NCBI RefSeq assembly: GCF_964355755.1
Contig: NC_092673.1
Location: 13,736,948-13,800,947, forward strand
Source of the DNA: Antedon mediterranea
Lineage: Eukaryota; Animalia; Echinodermata
DNA: 64,000 bases
Direction of reading: 5' to 3'
Below are positions 13,382 to 23,600 of the stretch, in pieces (positions within the stretch are counted from its first letter, which is position 1; each line of letters opens with the position of its first letter). The notes under the pieces are model-generated. The model made no database searches. It was not told the origin of the DNA and saw nothing but the letters and a program-made list of their open reading frames with translations. The position numbers and the translations under genes were made by a program.

Positions 13382-13697
13382 CAAATCCTTCAAATTGTGA
13401 TAATATTTTGAAACTTTGCACAGTTATTCATTAGGGTGTCAAAAACATGAAATGGAAGGGTTGCACAAAATTTGGTCAGGGGAAAGCCGCCATTTTGGAT
13501 TTCAAAATGGCGGACCCAAATTTTCACTTTTCAGGTATATCTCTGCTAAAAAGGCACCTAGAGTTCTGATTTTAGATGCAAATTATATGGTAATGGGGTA
13601 ACCCAACATATTGGTATAACTAACATTTTGATTGCATGGCGGCCATGTTTGATTTCAAAATGGCGGACCCCAAATTTTCACTTTTTAGGTATTTTCT
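13382..13697 (+). repeat. Dispersed repeat, probable Academ subterminal region
   Basis: First ~200 bp nearly identical to 47970-48176 and inverted relative to 8022-8256; GCCGCCATTTTGGATTTCAAAATGGCGG palindromic motif. Confidence 0.75.
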
Positions 13698-13714
13698 CTG
13701 CTATATAGATTTTT

Positions 13715-14110
13715 TAAATATCAGTATCAGAGACGTTGTGTTTGCCGGTAAAAACAAGGATTACATTAAAGGGAACAATTTCAAAGGTGCAGTGTTAATT
13801 GTAGGTACGACTTTATATACTTTCGCCGCCAAGGCTGCATAAATACAATTTATTGGACGAAAAGTTCAAAGTGTTTGCTACAGATCAAAATGATAAAAGG
13901 AAAATATTGATCATAAAAATGAAGGTATTTCCAATAAAAGAAGGTAACGGGTGGAAACGGAGGGGTGAGTTTTTGACGGACAGTGATAAGAAAGCAACAA
14001 AAATAAAATGCAAGCTGTGGGGTGAACATAGCAAAACCATCACAGATGCTAATATTGGACATACCGCTGTACTTGCCAACATTGAAGTAGAAATATTCAA
14101 TGAAAAATGA
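13715..14110 (+). pseudogene. Possible OB-fold (RPA/SSB-like) coding fragment
   Basis: FLTDSDKKATKIKCKLWGEHSKTITDANIGHTAVLANIEVEIFNEK resembles OB-fold strands; possible GT donor at 13801 and CAG acceptor at 13883. Confidence 0.35.
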
Positions 14111-14150
14111 AATCATTGGACATCACTGTTGTAAACGTACAAATAAAAAC

Positions 14151-14640
14151 TACACAGTAATGTATAGGAAAGAATTGGGACTTTCCTAAAAATTCGACTT
14201 TCGCGATTTTTTGACTTACGCGAATTCGACTTAGGCGGAGTCGACTGTATGTGATTTTGAATACATTTTGATATTTTAAGTCGAATTTTTCTAAGTCGAC
14301 CTCTTTTTGCGGTCCGAATACACACATTCTTTAGTGATTTATATCGTGTAAGTCGAAGTCACAAATTACACGGCAACAACGCGCTAAAAAAGCTGATGAA
14401 ACGTACGTAATTCGATAAACAAACGATAGAGGGATAATGTGGGACCATATCGGTTCTCTGAAGCAGGTTGTATAGTATAGGCGCGGCGTCCTACAACTCG
14501 CGCTAGTGTATACAGTAGTGTATGAGTTGTTTTTCAGAGTTGAGAACTTGAGCGGCGTTTTGTGGGTACCTATTTTGTGCTAGACAGATGGCAATAAACA
14601 ATGGATACCGATTTCGAATAACAACCGAAATGTATTGAGA
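14151..14640. mobile_element. Tc1/mariner (pogo-like) MITE remnant
   Basis: CGACTTAGGCGGAGTCGACTG+TA at 14227-14249, repeated identically at 18364-18386 beyond the L2; its reverse complement TA-CAGTCGACTCCGCCTAAGTCG is a CAGT-type TIR. Confidence 0.5.
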
Positions 14641-17600
14641 CGTTGATTAAGACGTGTGCGCCTTACAAGCGGCCAGTCTGATCTGTTCTCCAAGTTTCTG
14701 TAAAATTACAGTTTCTGTATACTGAAATCTGTGTGTTTAATGCCACATCGAACTTTTCCTGGTTATTACTGACCGTTGTATGTATTTGTGAAGATAACAT
14801 CGTTGGTCTACTAGCGAAACTAATGTTCCGTTTTCCTAGGCCAGTTTCGTTTGCCTGTCTACTCACATTCCTGTGCAGTCAGCCTTCGCGGTCAGCCGTA
14901 TCCACGGTTCATTCAACATTCTTTGCCGGATTTGTCAACTACGGTAGGCCTAGGATTGTAGTAGTCGGCTTACTTCACAGAACCGAATCGTCTTATCATA
15001 ACGGGTGTTCATTGACTTTAATTCAACCTGTCAGTTCATCTATTGCGTCTATGATTTACTACGATCGTGATCAACTTCTCAGATTATCAGGAAACTTAAA
15101 GTCATCGTTGACTCCATCAGAAATTGACACTATAAATCGTTTGAATATCAATGCCTTTACCACATGCCGAGCATTCTCAACTCGAAAAACACATAGAGGA
15201 AAGAAGGCTGGTCGACGACGAAGCAAGCTTATCTCTGCCGCCACTGAACACATCTCTCAACCTCGCAGACCTGTTTCCGTGGATACTGAACAATCTCGTA
15301 GTTCGAGTTCCATCTGTTTTGGACTGTGGAATGCGCGTTCTATAAGAAATAAAACTGTTCACGTTTGTGATTTTATTTTGGATGTTGAATTAGACATTTT
15401 TGTAATTACCGAAAGTTGGTTGAAAGGTGATGCAAGTGACAACCACTTTATTGCGGACGTGAGTAACACCCTCCCAAATTTCGTGGTGTCACATGACCCA
15501 CGCCCTACAGGTGGACGCGGAGGTGGAATATGCATCATTTCGCACCGTGGACTCCAAATAACACCAAATGTTTCAACAAGTTTCCGGTCTTTCGAACATA
15601 TGGATATCAAGATCACTTCCAATTCATCTGTAATTAACTTGATTTCAATTTACAGACCACCACCATCGACCAAAAACAAACTTACCTTTGACTTGTTCAT
15701 CACTGAATTCTCATCACTTCTTGAATCAGTCTCTTGCACCAAAAACCTTCTGATAGTTGGTGATTTCAATATTCACACAGATGACCTCTTGGACAACAAC
15801 ACCAAGCGATTTGATGAACTGCTTTACACGAGTTGTCTTCATCAACACGTCCAAGGCCCCACTCACGTTAGCGGGCACACACTGGACCTTCTAATCTCTC
15901 GAAAAAACGACAACATAATAAAACAAACCACTGTCAAACTAGGACTACCATCCGACCATATGGCTGTCATCAGCTTTGTGGATTTATCACATCCTAAACA
16001 ACCAACGCGGACAACCTCTTACCGCAAACTTCGTAACATTGATCTAAATTGTTTTGTGGAAGATATAATGAATTCCCCGCTCGTCTGCGCACCGGAAGAT
16101 AATGTCTCCGATCTCGCTGACCAATACAATAATGTATTGCAGTACATCCTTGACCAACATGCTCCGTTAACAACTAAACTGGTCACCATTAGACCACGGG
16201 CACCATGGTACACGAATGAACTCCGTGAAGCGAAGTGCGTCAAACGGAGATCAGAACGCAGAATGTTGAAATCTGGTTTGGATATCGACAAACAGAGGTA
16301 CAAGTTGGAATGCAAAGCATATAAAGATATGCTAGATCTAGCAAAATGCAATTATCATCGCAATGAAATCGCTAATGCGGATGACAAGAACCTTTTCCGC
16401 ATCATAAGTAAACTGTACTCGGTCGATTCTTCTCCTGTTCTGCCAAAACACACATCTTCAATGGATCTCGCAAACCAGTTTGGCTGTTTCTTTAATGAAA
16501 AGATTCTGAAAATTTGCAAGAAACTTAACTCCATAAACACTCCACTAATAACTGTCAACGTCGACGAGTCATGTAATAGTAGTTTCGCTGAATTTGAGCA
16601 AATATCAGAAGATACGGTACGCAAAGTCATCGCTGAAAGCGCATCTAAGTCCAGTAGACTTGACCCAATTCCAACACGGTTACTAAAAAACTGCATTGAC
16701 GCTCTACTACCGCATATCACTAAAATCGTCAACATGTCGCTGTCATCAGGTACTGTACCATCTGCATTTAAATTGTCCCTCGTTATGCCACTGTTGAAAA
16801 AGCAAAATCTCGACTCCAACGTCCTACAAAATTATAGACCAATAGCAAATCTTCCCTTCCTTTTCAAAGTCTTGGAAAGAATTGCAACTGCTCAGATAAA
16901 AGCATATATGGATGAACATTTCCTGTTTTCAAAAGTCCAATCAGCCTACCGCCGCTTCCACTCAACTGAAACCGCTTTATTACGTGTTACAAACGATCTA
17001 CTACTTGCTTTAGACAAAGGTAATGAAGCGGTACTTATTCTACTCGACTACTCCGCAGCATTTGACACTATCAATCATGATTTATTATTTCAACGTCTTC
17101 ATAAAAGATACGGCATAAGCGGAACCGCATTGAAATGGTTTATTTCATATTTTGAGAATCGTAGACAAGCAATCATTGTGGGTGATTCGATGTCTGATGA
17201 GTTCGCTCTACCCTGGGGTGTACCACAGGGATCCGTAAAAGGTCCACTCGATTTCATCTTATACACTGGACCACTCAGCAACATCATTGATTCCCACCCG
17301 GAAGTTCGTCATATGATCTATGCAGATGACACTCAACTATATTTAATCATGAAACCTACACATCACTCTGAATCTGTTAACAGCCTTGAATCATGCATTG
17401 CAGATGTTCGCTCATGGGCCATTCAAAATAAACTCATGCTCAACGACTCCAAGACTGAAATGATCCATTTTCATTCAAAGTTCCGTGAGGCATCATCATT
17501 TCCTTTGGTCCATATCGGAGATACTAGTGTCTCTACCTCCAGCTCAGCCAGAAATCTAGGCGTCCAACTAGACAACAGCCTCGGTTTAAAAGAACACATT

Positions 17601-18252
17601 CGTAATGTTTGCCGTGGTGCTTCCTTTGGAATTTACCAGATCGGCCAGATTCGTAAATACCTTGACAAAACATCAACTGAACGTCTTGTTCATGCTTTTG
17701 TTTCATCTCGTCTGGACTGTAATAACTCGCTTCTGTTCGGCCTACCAACTTCTTATCTGTCTCCTCTTCAACGAATCCAAAATTCCGCCGCTAGACTTAT
17801 CACTGGCACTAAACGACATGAACATATTTCTCCCGTTTTACGTGACTTACACTGGTTGCCTGTTGATCAGCGCATTCGTTTTAAAATCCTGTTGCTGACA
17901 TATAAGGCCATCAACGGATGTGCTCCAGCCTACATATGTGACATCATTACTCCGTCAACCAACTCTTCGCTTCGTTCATCCAGCAGACTTCTTCTAAAAC
18001 CTGGACCCCGTTCCAGAACTCGGTTTTACGGTGATCGTGCTTTCGCTGTCGCAGCCCCAAAACTCTGGAACACTCTACCACTCGAAATACGCTCATCAAA
18101 ATCTGTTATCACATTTAAAACTAAACTCAAAACTCATCTCTTCAGAGAAGCATAATCGCACGCTACTACTTGCACTGATCTTGGAAAACACAGCGCTTTG
18201 AAACCTTTGTCTCTTGCGCTTTATAAATGTTATTTATTATTATTATTATTAT
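14640..18252 (+). mobile_element. L2-clade LINE, single ORF, apparently intact
   Basis: Short 5' region, uninterrupted APE-RT ORF, short 3' UTR with AGCGCTTTG...GCGCTTTATAAATG stem region and (TTA)n tail. 5' boundary approximate. Confidence 0.9.
14733..18155 (+). CDS. L2 ORF2 protein: AP endonuclease + reverse transcriptase (in-frame ATGs at 14823 and 15051)
   Basis: LWNARSI, ITESWL, YRPP, VGDFNIH, GHTLDL, SDH; NYRPIANL, QSAYRRFHSTETALL, LLDYSAAFDT, GVPQGS, YADDTQLY, LHWLPV..RI.FKIL, FKTKLKTHLF. Confidence 0.95.
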   Translation: MFNATSNFSWLLLTVVCICEDNIVGLLAKLMFRFPRPVSFACLLTFLCSQPSRSAVSTVHSTFFAGFVNYGRPRIVVVGLLHRTESSYHNGCSLTLIQPVSSSIASMIYYDRDQLLRLSGNLKSSLTPSEIDTINRLNINAFTTCRAFSTRKTHRGKKAGRRRSKLISAATEHISQPRRPVSVDTEQSRSSSSICFGLWNARSIRNKTVHVCDFILDVELDIFVITESWLKGDASDNHFIADVSNTLPNFVVSHDPRPTGGRGGGICIISHRGLQITPNVSTSFRSFEHMDIKITSNSSVINLISIYRPPPSTKNKLTFDLFITEFSSLLESVSCTKNLLIVGDFNIHTDDLLDNNTKRFDELLYTSCLHQHVQGPTHVSGHTLDLLISRKNDNIIKQTTVKLGLPSDHMAVISFVDLSHPKQPTRTTSYRKLRNIDLNCFVEDIMNSPLVCAPEDNVSDLADQYNNVLQYILDQHAPLTTKLVTIRPRAPWYTNELREAKCVKRRSERRMLKSGLDIDKQRYKLECKAYKDMLDLAKCNYHRNEIANADDKNLFRIISKLYSVDSSPVLPKHTSSMDLANQFGCFFNEKILKICKKLNSINTPLITVNVDESCNSSFAEFEQISEDTVRKVIAESASKSSRLDPIPTRLLKNCIDALLPHITKIVNMSLSSGTVPSAFKLSLVMPLLKKQNLDSNVLQNYRPIANLPFLFKVLERIATAQIKAYMDEHFLFSKVQSAYRRFHSTETALLRVTNDLLLALDKGNEAVLILLDYSAAFDTINHDLLFQRLHKRYGISGTALKWFISYFENRRQAIIVGDSMSDEFALPWGVPQGSVKGPLDFILYTGPLSNIIDSHPEVRHMIYADDTQLYLIMKPTHHSESVNSLESCIADVRSWAIQNKLMLNDSKTEMIHFHSKFREASSFPLVHIGDTSVSTSSSARNLGVQLDNSLGLKEHIRNVCRGASFGIYQIGQIRKYLDKTSTERLVHAFVSSRLDCNNSLLFGLPTSYLSPLQRIQNSAARLITGTKRHEHISPVLRDLHWLPVDQRIRFKILLLTYKAINGCAPAYICDIITPSTNSSLRSSSRLLLKPGPRSRTRFYGDRAFAVAAPKLWNTLPLEIRSSKSVITFKTKLKTHLFREA

Positions 18253-18420
18253 TTAATATACGTTTTTGTATTGTTTCGGGCTTAAACTCAATTCAAGAAG
18301 GCTCATCGCGTGGGCCGCGATCGCGACAGGACAGGGTCCACTACTAGGTCTAGCCATAGCTAGCGACTTAGGCGGAGTCGACTGTATTACTGTTTACAAC
18401 ATGATCTGAGCAAATCACTA

Positions 18421-19990
18421 TAGTCAGGTGGATTAGCGACTAAAACGTTACACGGTGGACAAAATCACCAAATTTTGCATGAGGCTTCTTTTAGGCGTAC
18501 CAATCGATTTTTGCCTAGGAGCCACCCGATCAGCTTCCGATTTTCCAAGATGGCGGCAAAAATCCAAAATGGCTGCCAGTAAATTGGTATATCATATATC
18601 TCTGGCTGTAAAAGTTACAAATAGACAAATAATGTTATGAATCAAGAATTTCTGAGGTCAGTAAAACCGATTCAGGAAATATTACATAAAGTGAGTTCCA
18701 AGATGGCGCCCAAAAATAAAAATGGTAGCCATTGAAATTGAAATACATATAATCGTATACAAAGTCACAAATAGTCCATTCCTAATGTATTTTAGTCTGC
18801 AAATCAGAAGAAAAGTGCAAGCATTGCATTTTATGAATTTTTTAATCATGCCAGTTATAAAAACCCATGTTATCAAATTTCTAAAGTTTTCTTTGACCTT
18901 TGACCTCAATTTGAATATTTTAATCCAATTGAAAACAAAATTACCATATCTCAGCAACGCTTACATTAAATTAAATAATTTTAGTGTCAAATTATTTGGA
19001 AAATGCATATTAATATTCGTCCTAATGGAAACATTTGTCAAAAAATGGCCGGAAGTATGATTTTTGGTATTTTTGACCTTTGACCTACATGTCATATAAC
19101 TTGGTAACTAACAGTTGGACAAACTTTAAACTTTTCCAAGAAAATGACCCAGATTCTTGTTATTGACCTTTGACCTGTACTGGTAATACACATTTCTATA
19201 TCTCGAAAACTAGTGGTCGTAAAAGTTTTTTTATGAGAAATTTTTATAATAAAACAGTTTCTATGAAAATGTAAAAGAATCCTATTTATGATAACTAAAT
19301 TTGTAATTTGCTAACATCCAATATATTTGTTATGTATTGAAAATGTGTTATATTTGCCTATTTTAGGCACTTAACGTAAATTTATCTGAGCTATGGATAT
19401 TTAATGTAAAATTTGTTTTCTTTTTAAAAAAGGAAATGTAATTATCTATCAAATAAGACCATTTAAAAAATATTCTGACAAAAACTTAGTTACAGGTAAA
19501 AAAGTGTACTTTTACTTATGTGAACAGCGCCCTCAATCTTTATTTTCCCAAAAATACCACATTTTATGTGGTTTCAGAAACTGAACTGGTTACAACTTTA
19601 AAAAAAAAATTTCTTTTAGTTACTTGTAATTTACATACTACCTCTACCATTTACTATTACTTCATTTACATATTACTTCTGCCGTCCACAGATACTGTAT
19701 GTGATTTCCTAGTTTACTGGCAGCCATTTTAGATTTTTTCCACCATCTTTGCAACGAGTGACCTATATTATGTACCATGTCTAAAATATGTTTCAATGAC
19801 CATGATTAGGCATACTCCATGTTTTCTTACTTCGTTTGATACCTATATGCGATTTCTGCAACTAGAATGATATTCCAGTTTAGGCTACTGATGGCAGCCA
19901 TGTTGGATTTAGGCCACCATCTTAACAACGAATGACCCATGTCATGCAACATGTCTAAAATATGTTTCAATCACCATGAATACTTATGTT
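18421..19990 (+). mobile_element. Academ-like left terminus and subterminal region
   Basis: Starts TAGTCAGGTGGATTAG..AAAATCACCAAATTTTGCA (resembling the reverse complement of the 2210 terminus), then CAAGATGGCGGC/CAAAATGGCTGCC and TGACCTTTGACC motifs; right boundary approximate. Confidence 0.55.
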
Positions 19991-20679
19991 TTGATAGTTC
20001 ACCACACACAGTTGAAGTCTTGTTACGATAACATCGTAGTTGTCAAACACAAACTGGCTAAATCGGAGATAAAAAATGCTGGTATTGATACTGATAAATG
20101 AGGAATGACCTTTGCACTCTTGAGAAAGAGAACATTAAACTAAAAGACAGAGTCAGCTTAAAGACCCCTTCCCTGCAATTTTGGACGTTTTTTGGAAATT
20201 AATACATATATATCACTTTAAAAACATTAAACCTAGTCCAAGTCCGTGAATGAATTTTCTCAACAAACCGTTACTCGTCGAACAATCGCATCCGTTCAAA
20301 TGCTACATGTGTGTGTGTGTGCTAGTGGTGGTACGTGTGTGTGCTAGTGGTGGTACGTGTGTGTGACAACGCGACGCCGCATAAACATTTTCAACAAGCG
20401 ACGAGAAGCCAACCGTGGACGCGACCTGATTGTACGTGGTGCATATAAGCTCTACTTCTAACTTGTTAAAACAAATCTGAGGAGCTGTGTAAATTGCATA
20501 GTTTTCAACCATCGTTGGCTAATTAGGTGATCATTTAGAATAAAATGATCATTTTATTCTAAATGATCACCTAATAATAAAGATTTTATACAATAACCTA
20601 TTGTTATTGTACAAATTATTATTAGGTGATCATTTAGAATAAAATGATCACCTATTGTTATTGTACAAAATCTTTATTA

Positions 20680-23600
20680 TTAGTTATCCGCATTGAGCGG
20701 ATAACTCCTTGTAACCGTCCTGGATCTTTTTTTTCTTTATATTATTCTTCTTTCTTTCTCCTTCATTTTTGTGTCTCGCGTATCTCAAAAACTTGTAAAC
20801 GTAATATTTCATAAATTTGTCATCATATGGACATTTACGTGAAGTTGTGCACCTCCTATTTTTGAATGACGTCAGAGTTGCGCAACGTGACTTACGCGCG
20901 ATTTTATAAATTACAATGATTTATCATACGATAAAAACTAAAAGTGATTATTAATTGAAACTTGGTGTAAGGTTAATTCTTATCAAGGGTCAACTTTTTG
21001 TGTACTAAAAATGGCATGTTTTACAAGAAGTTACGCGCGCACGCGCATTTCTCCTCCATATTTGTGTCTCGCGTATCTCAAAAACTTGTAAACAAAACAT
21101 TTCATAACTTTGGCAACATATGGGCATTCACGTGAAGTTGTGCACCTCCTATTGTGAATGACGTCAGAAATGCGCAACGTGACTTACGCGCGATTCTATG
21201 AATTTCGCGTATTTAACATAGATTGAAAACCATATAACAATTTAAATTGAAACTTAGCAAAAGTTTAATTTATATCTTGCGCTAACTTTTTGTGCACTAA
21301 AAATGACATGTTTTACACGAAGTTAGGCGCGCACGCGCGTTTAAAATTTTGAAATGCGAAAAATCAATTTCTAATCAACTTTGTACGCGTTTCTTGTCAT
21401 TTTGAGCATATAAAAAATTCCCACGTGCGCGCAAATTTTTATACGCGCTGTTCGCACGTATCGTTAAAAACATACTTTTTTGCATGATTTATGTTTTTCT
21501 AGCCTTTTCTAGTAATTTTTTAAATTTAAAAAAGTTCAAAAATTCGTCAAAATTATGCCTTTTTTTAAACAGTCGTAGTTTCTGAACTAAACGGTTAAAA
21601 TTATTTTTTTTACATATTCTGTAAGTAGATAAGTTGATATTAAGATATTTTAATTAATTTATGTTAATTTCCACTTAATTTGACCTCAAATGACCCCTTC
21701 GGAGGGTCATTTTTTCTGTGACTAATGACATAGAGTAGAATCCAAAAACGTTGAAAAACCTTTGTACGCAATTATTTCTAGGTTAAACGTTATTTTCCAT
21801 CCACTAATTTCACATTTTCAAATTTCTTCTACACGCTAATATGTTCTTGCTGATATCATTTCATTCCGAATTTGCTATCTTAGTGTTTCATTTTGATACC
21901 GTCGCCATGTTAAAAATTGGAATAAATAGCGGGTCCCGTAATTTAACCTATTCTACACTGTATGTGATATGTATACAGATTATACTGTGTATACTATATG
22001 ACACAAAATAACAGAATTCAGCAATAAAAACATATCATATTCTTCAGTTCAGGTCATAACGCCATAATCTTTTTTCTGTGTGCGTGCACGTGGCGTTTGT
22101 CGTGCGGATAACTAACTCGTCAAAGTGCCGAGTTTCATGTCTAGTTATTGTTATTATTAGGTGATCATTTAGAATAAAATGATCACCTATTGTTATTGTA
22201 CAAAATCTTTATTATTAGTTATCCGCTTAGTAGCGGATAACTCCTTGTAACTGTATGAAATCATCTTTTTGGTTATCCGCACTTGGCGGATAACCCCTTG
22301 TTATTGTCAGGATCTTTTTCTATGTTCTTCTTTCTTTCCACGATTTTTGTTCGTAGCGTATCTCTAATTCTGGCAAACATATGATTCTATAACTTTGTCA
22401 AAAGATTGCCCTGTAGCTGTAGATGTGCAAGAAACTTTTTTTTTCAAATTTCGAGTCGCGCAGCGTAAGTTACGCGCGATTTTGTGAATTTCAATGATTG
22501 ATCATAGAATAAAAACTGAAAGTCGCTTTGTATTGAAACTTGGTGAAAGTTTAAGTCATATAATGCGCAAACTTTCTATGGATTAAAAATGGCATGTTTC
22601 ACAAAAAGTTACGTGCGCACGCGCGTTTCAAATTTCAAAATGCGGTAAATCAATTTCTAATCAATTTTCTACGCGTTTCATGTCATTTTAAGCATTTCAA
22701 AAATTCCCAGGCGTGCGCAATTTTTTACGCGCGCGTGCGCACGTAGCGCAAAAACATCTTTTTTTTGTTTGATTTTTGTTTTTCCAGCCTTTTCTAGTAA
22801 ATTTACCAATTTTCAATCAATTTCGACTTAAAATTACGTCATACGAGCACGTCAAATTGAACAATTTGCGCGCATTTTTTATGAAAAAGTTCAAAAATTT
22901 GTTAAAATTATGCCTTTCTTTAAAAAGTCATAAATTCTAAACTCCGTGGTAAACATTTTTAAAATGTCAGATTCTGGAAGTAGATGAGTTGTAGATATCG
23001 AATCATGCATCGATAGGGCTAACCGGACATTGTGACGTCATCGTATGGCCATTCGAATATAAAATATAGGATTTTTGTCTCTTTCGCATAGCTCATCACA
23101 TTTAATAGAGCGCATCTCCACTTATCCGTATTCCATTTACCCCATTTTGTTATATTGTCTAGGCCAATCAATTATCTTTCGCATGATCTACCATTTTTTA
23201 AATTGTGATAACGTCATCATGTCCAAAAGCGTCAATAACTAGGGTCCTTTATTTTCACCTATTCTGCACTGTATGTAGTACGTATACAGTATATAGCGTA
23301 TACCGTATATACTTTGACGTGACGCAAAATAGAGAGCGCACTAACATTTTTTCAATGGCATAATCGTTTTTCTGCGCGCAATATTGTAACGCTGCGGATA
23401 ACCTAACTCGTCCGTAGTCACGAGTTCAAATCTAGTTCTGTATTATTCTTTCTTTCTGTCAATTTTGTGTCTCGCGTATCTCAAAAACTTGTAAACAAAA
23501 CATTTTATAACCTTGTCAACATGTGGGCATTCACGTGAAATTGTGCACCTCCTATTGTGAATGACGTCAGAATTGCGCAACGTGATTTACGCGCGTTTTA

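Noticed and set aside
15071-17898. Overlapping and antisense ORFs inside the L2 ORF
   Set aside because: Shadow frames of a long coding region with no independent motifs.
20158-20520. TTAA-AGACCCCTTCC possible Kolobok-like left end
   Set aside because: No matching right TIR found in the window.
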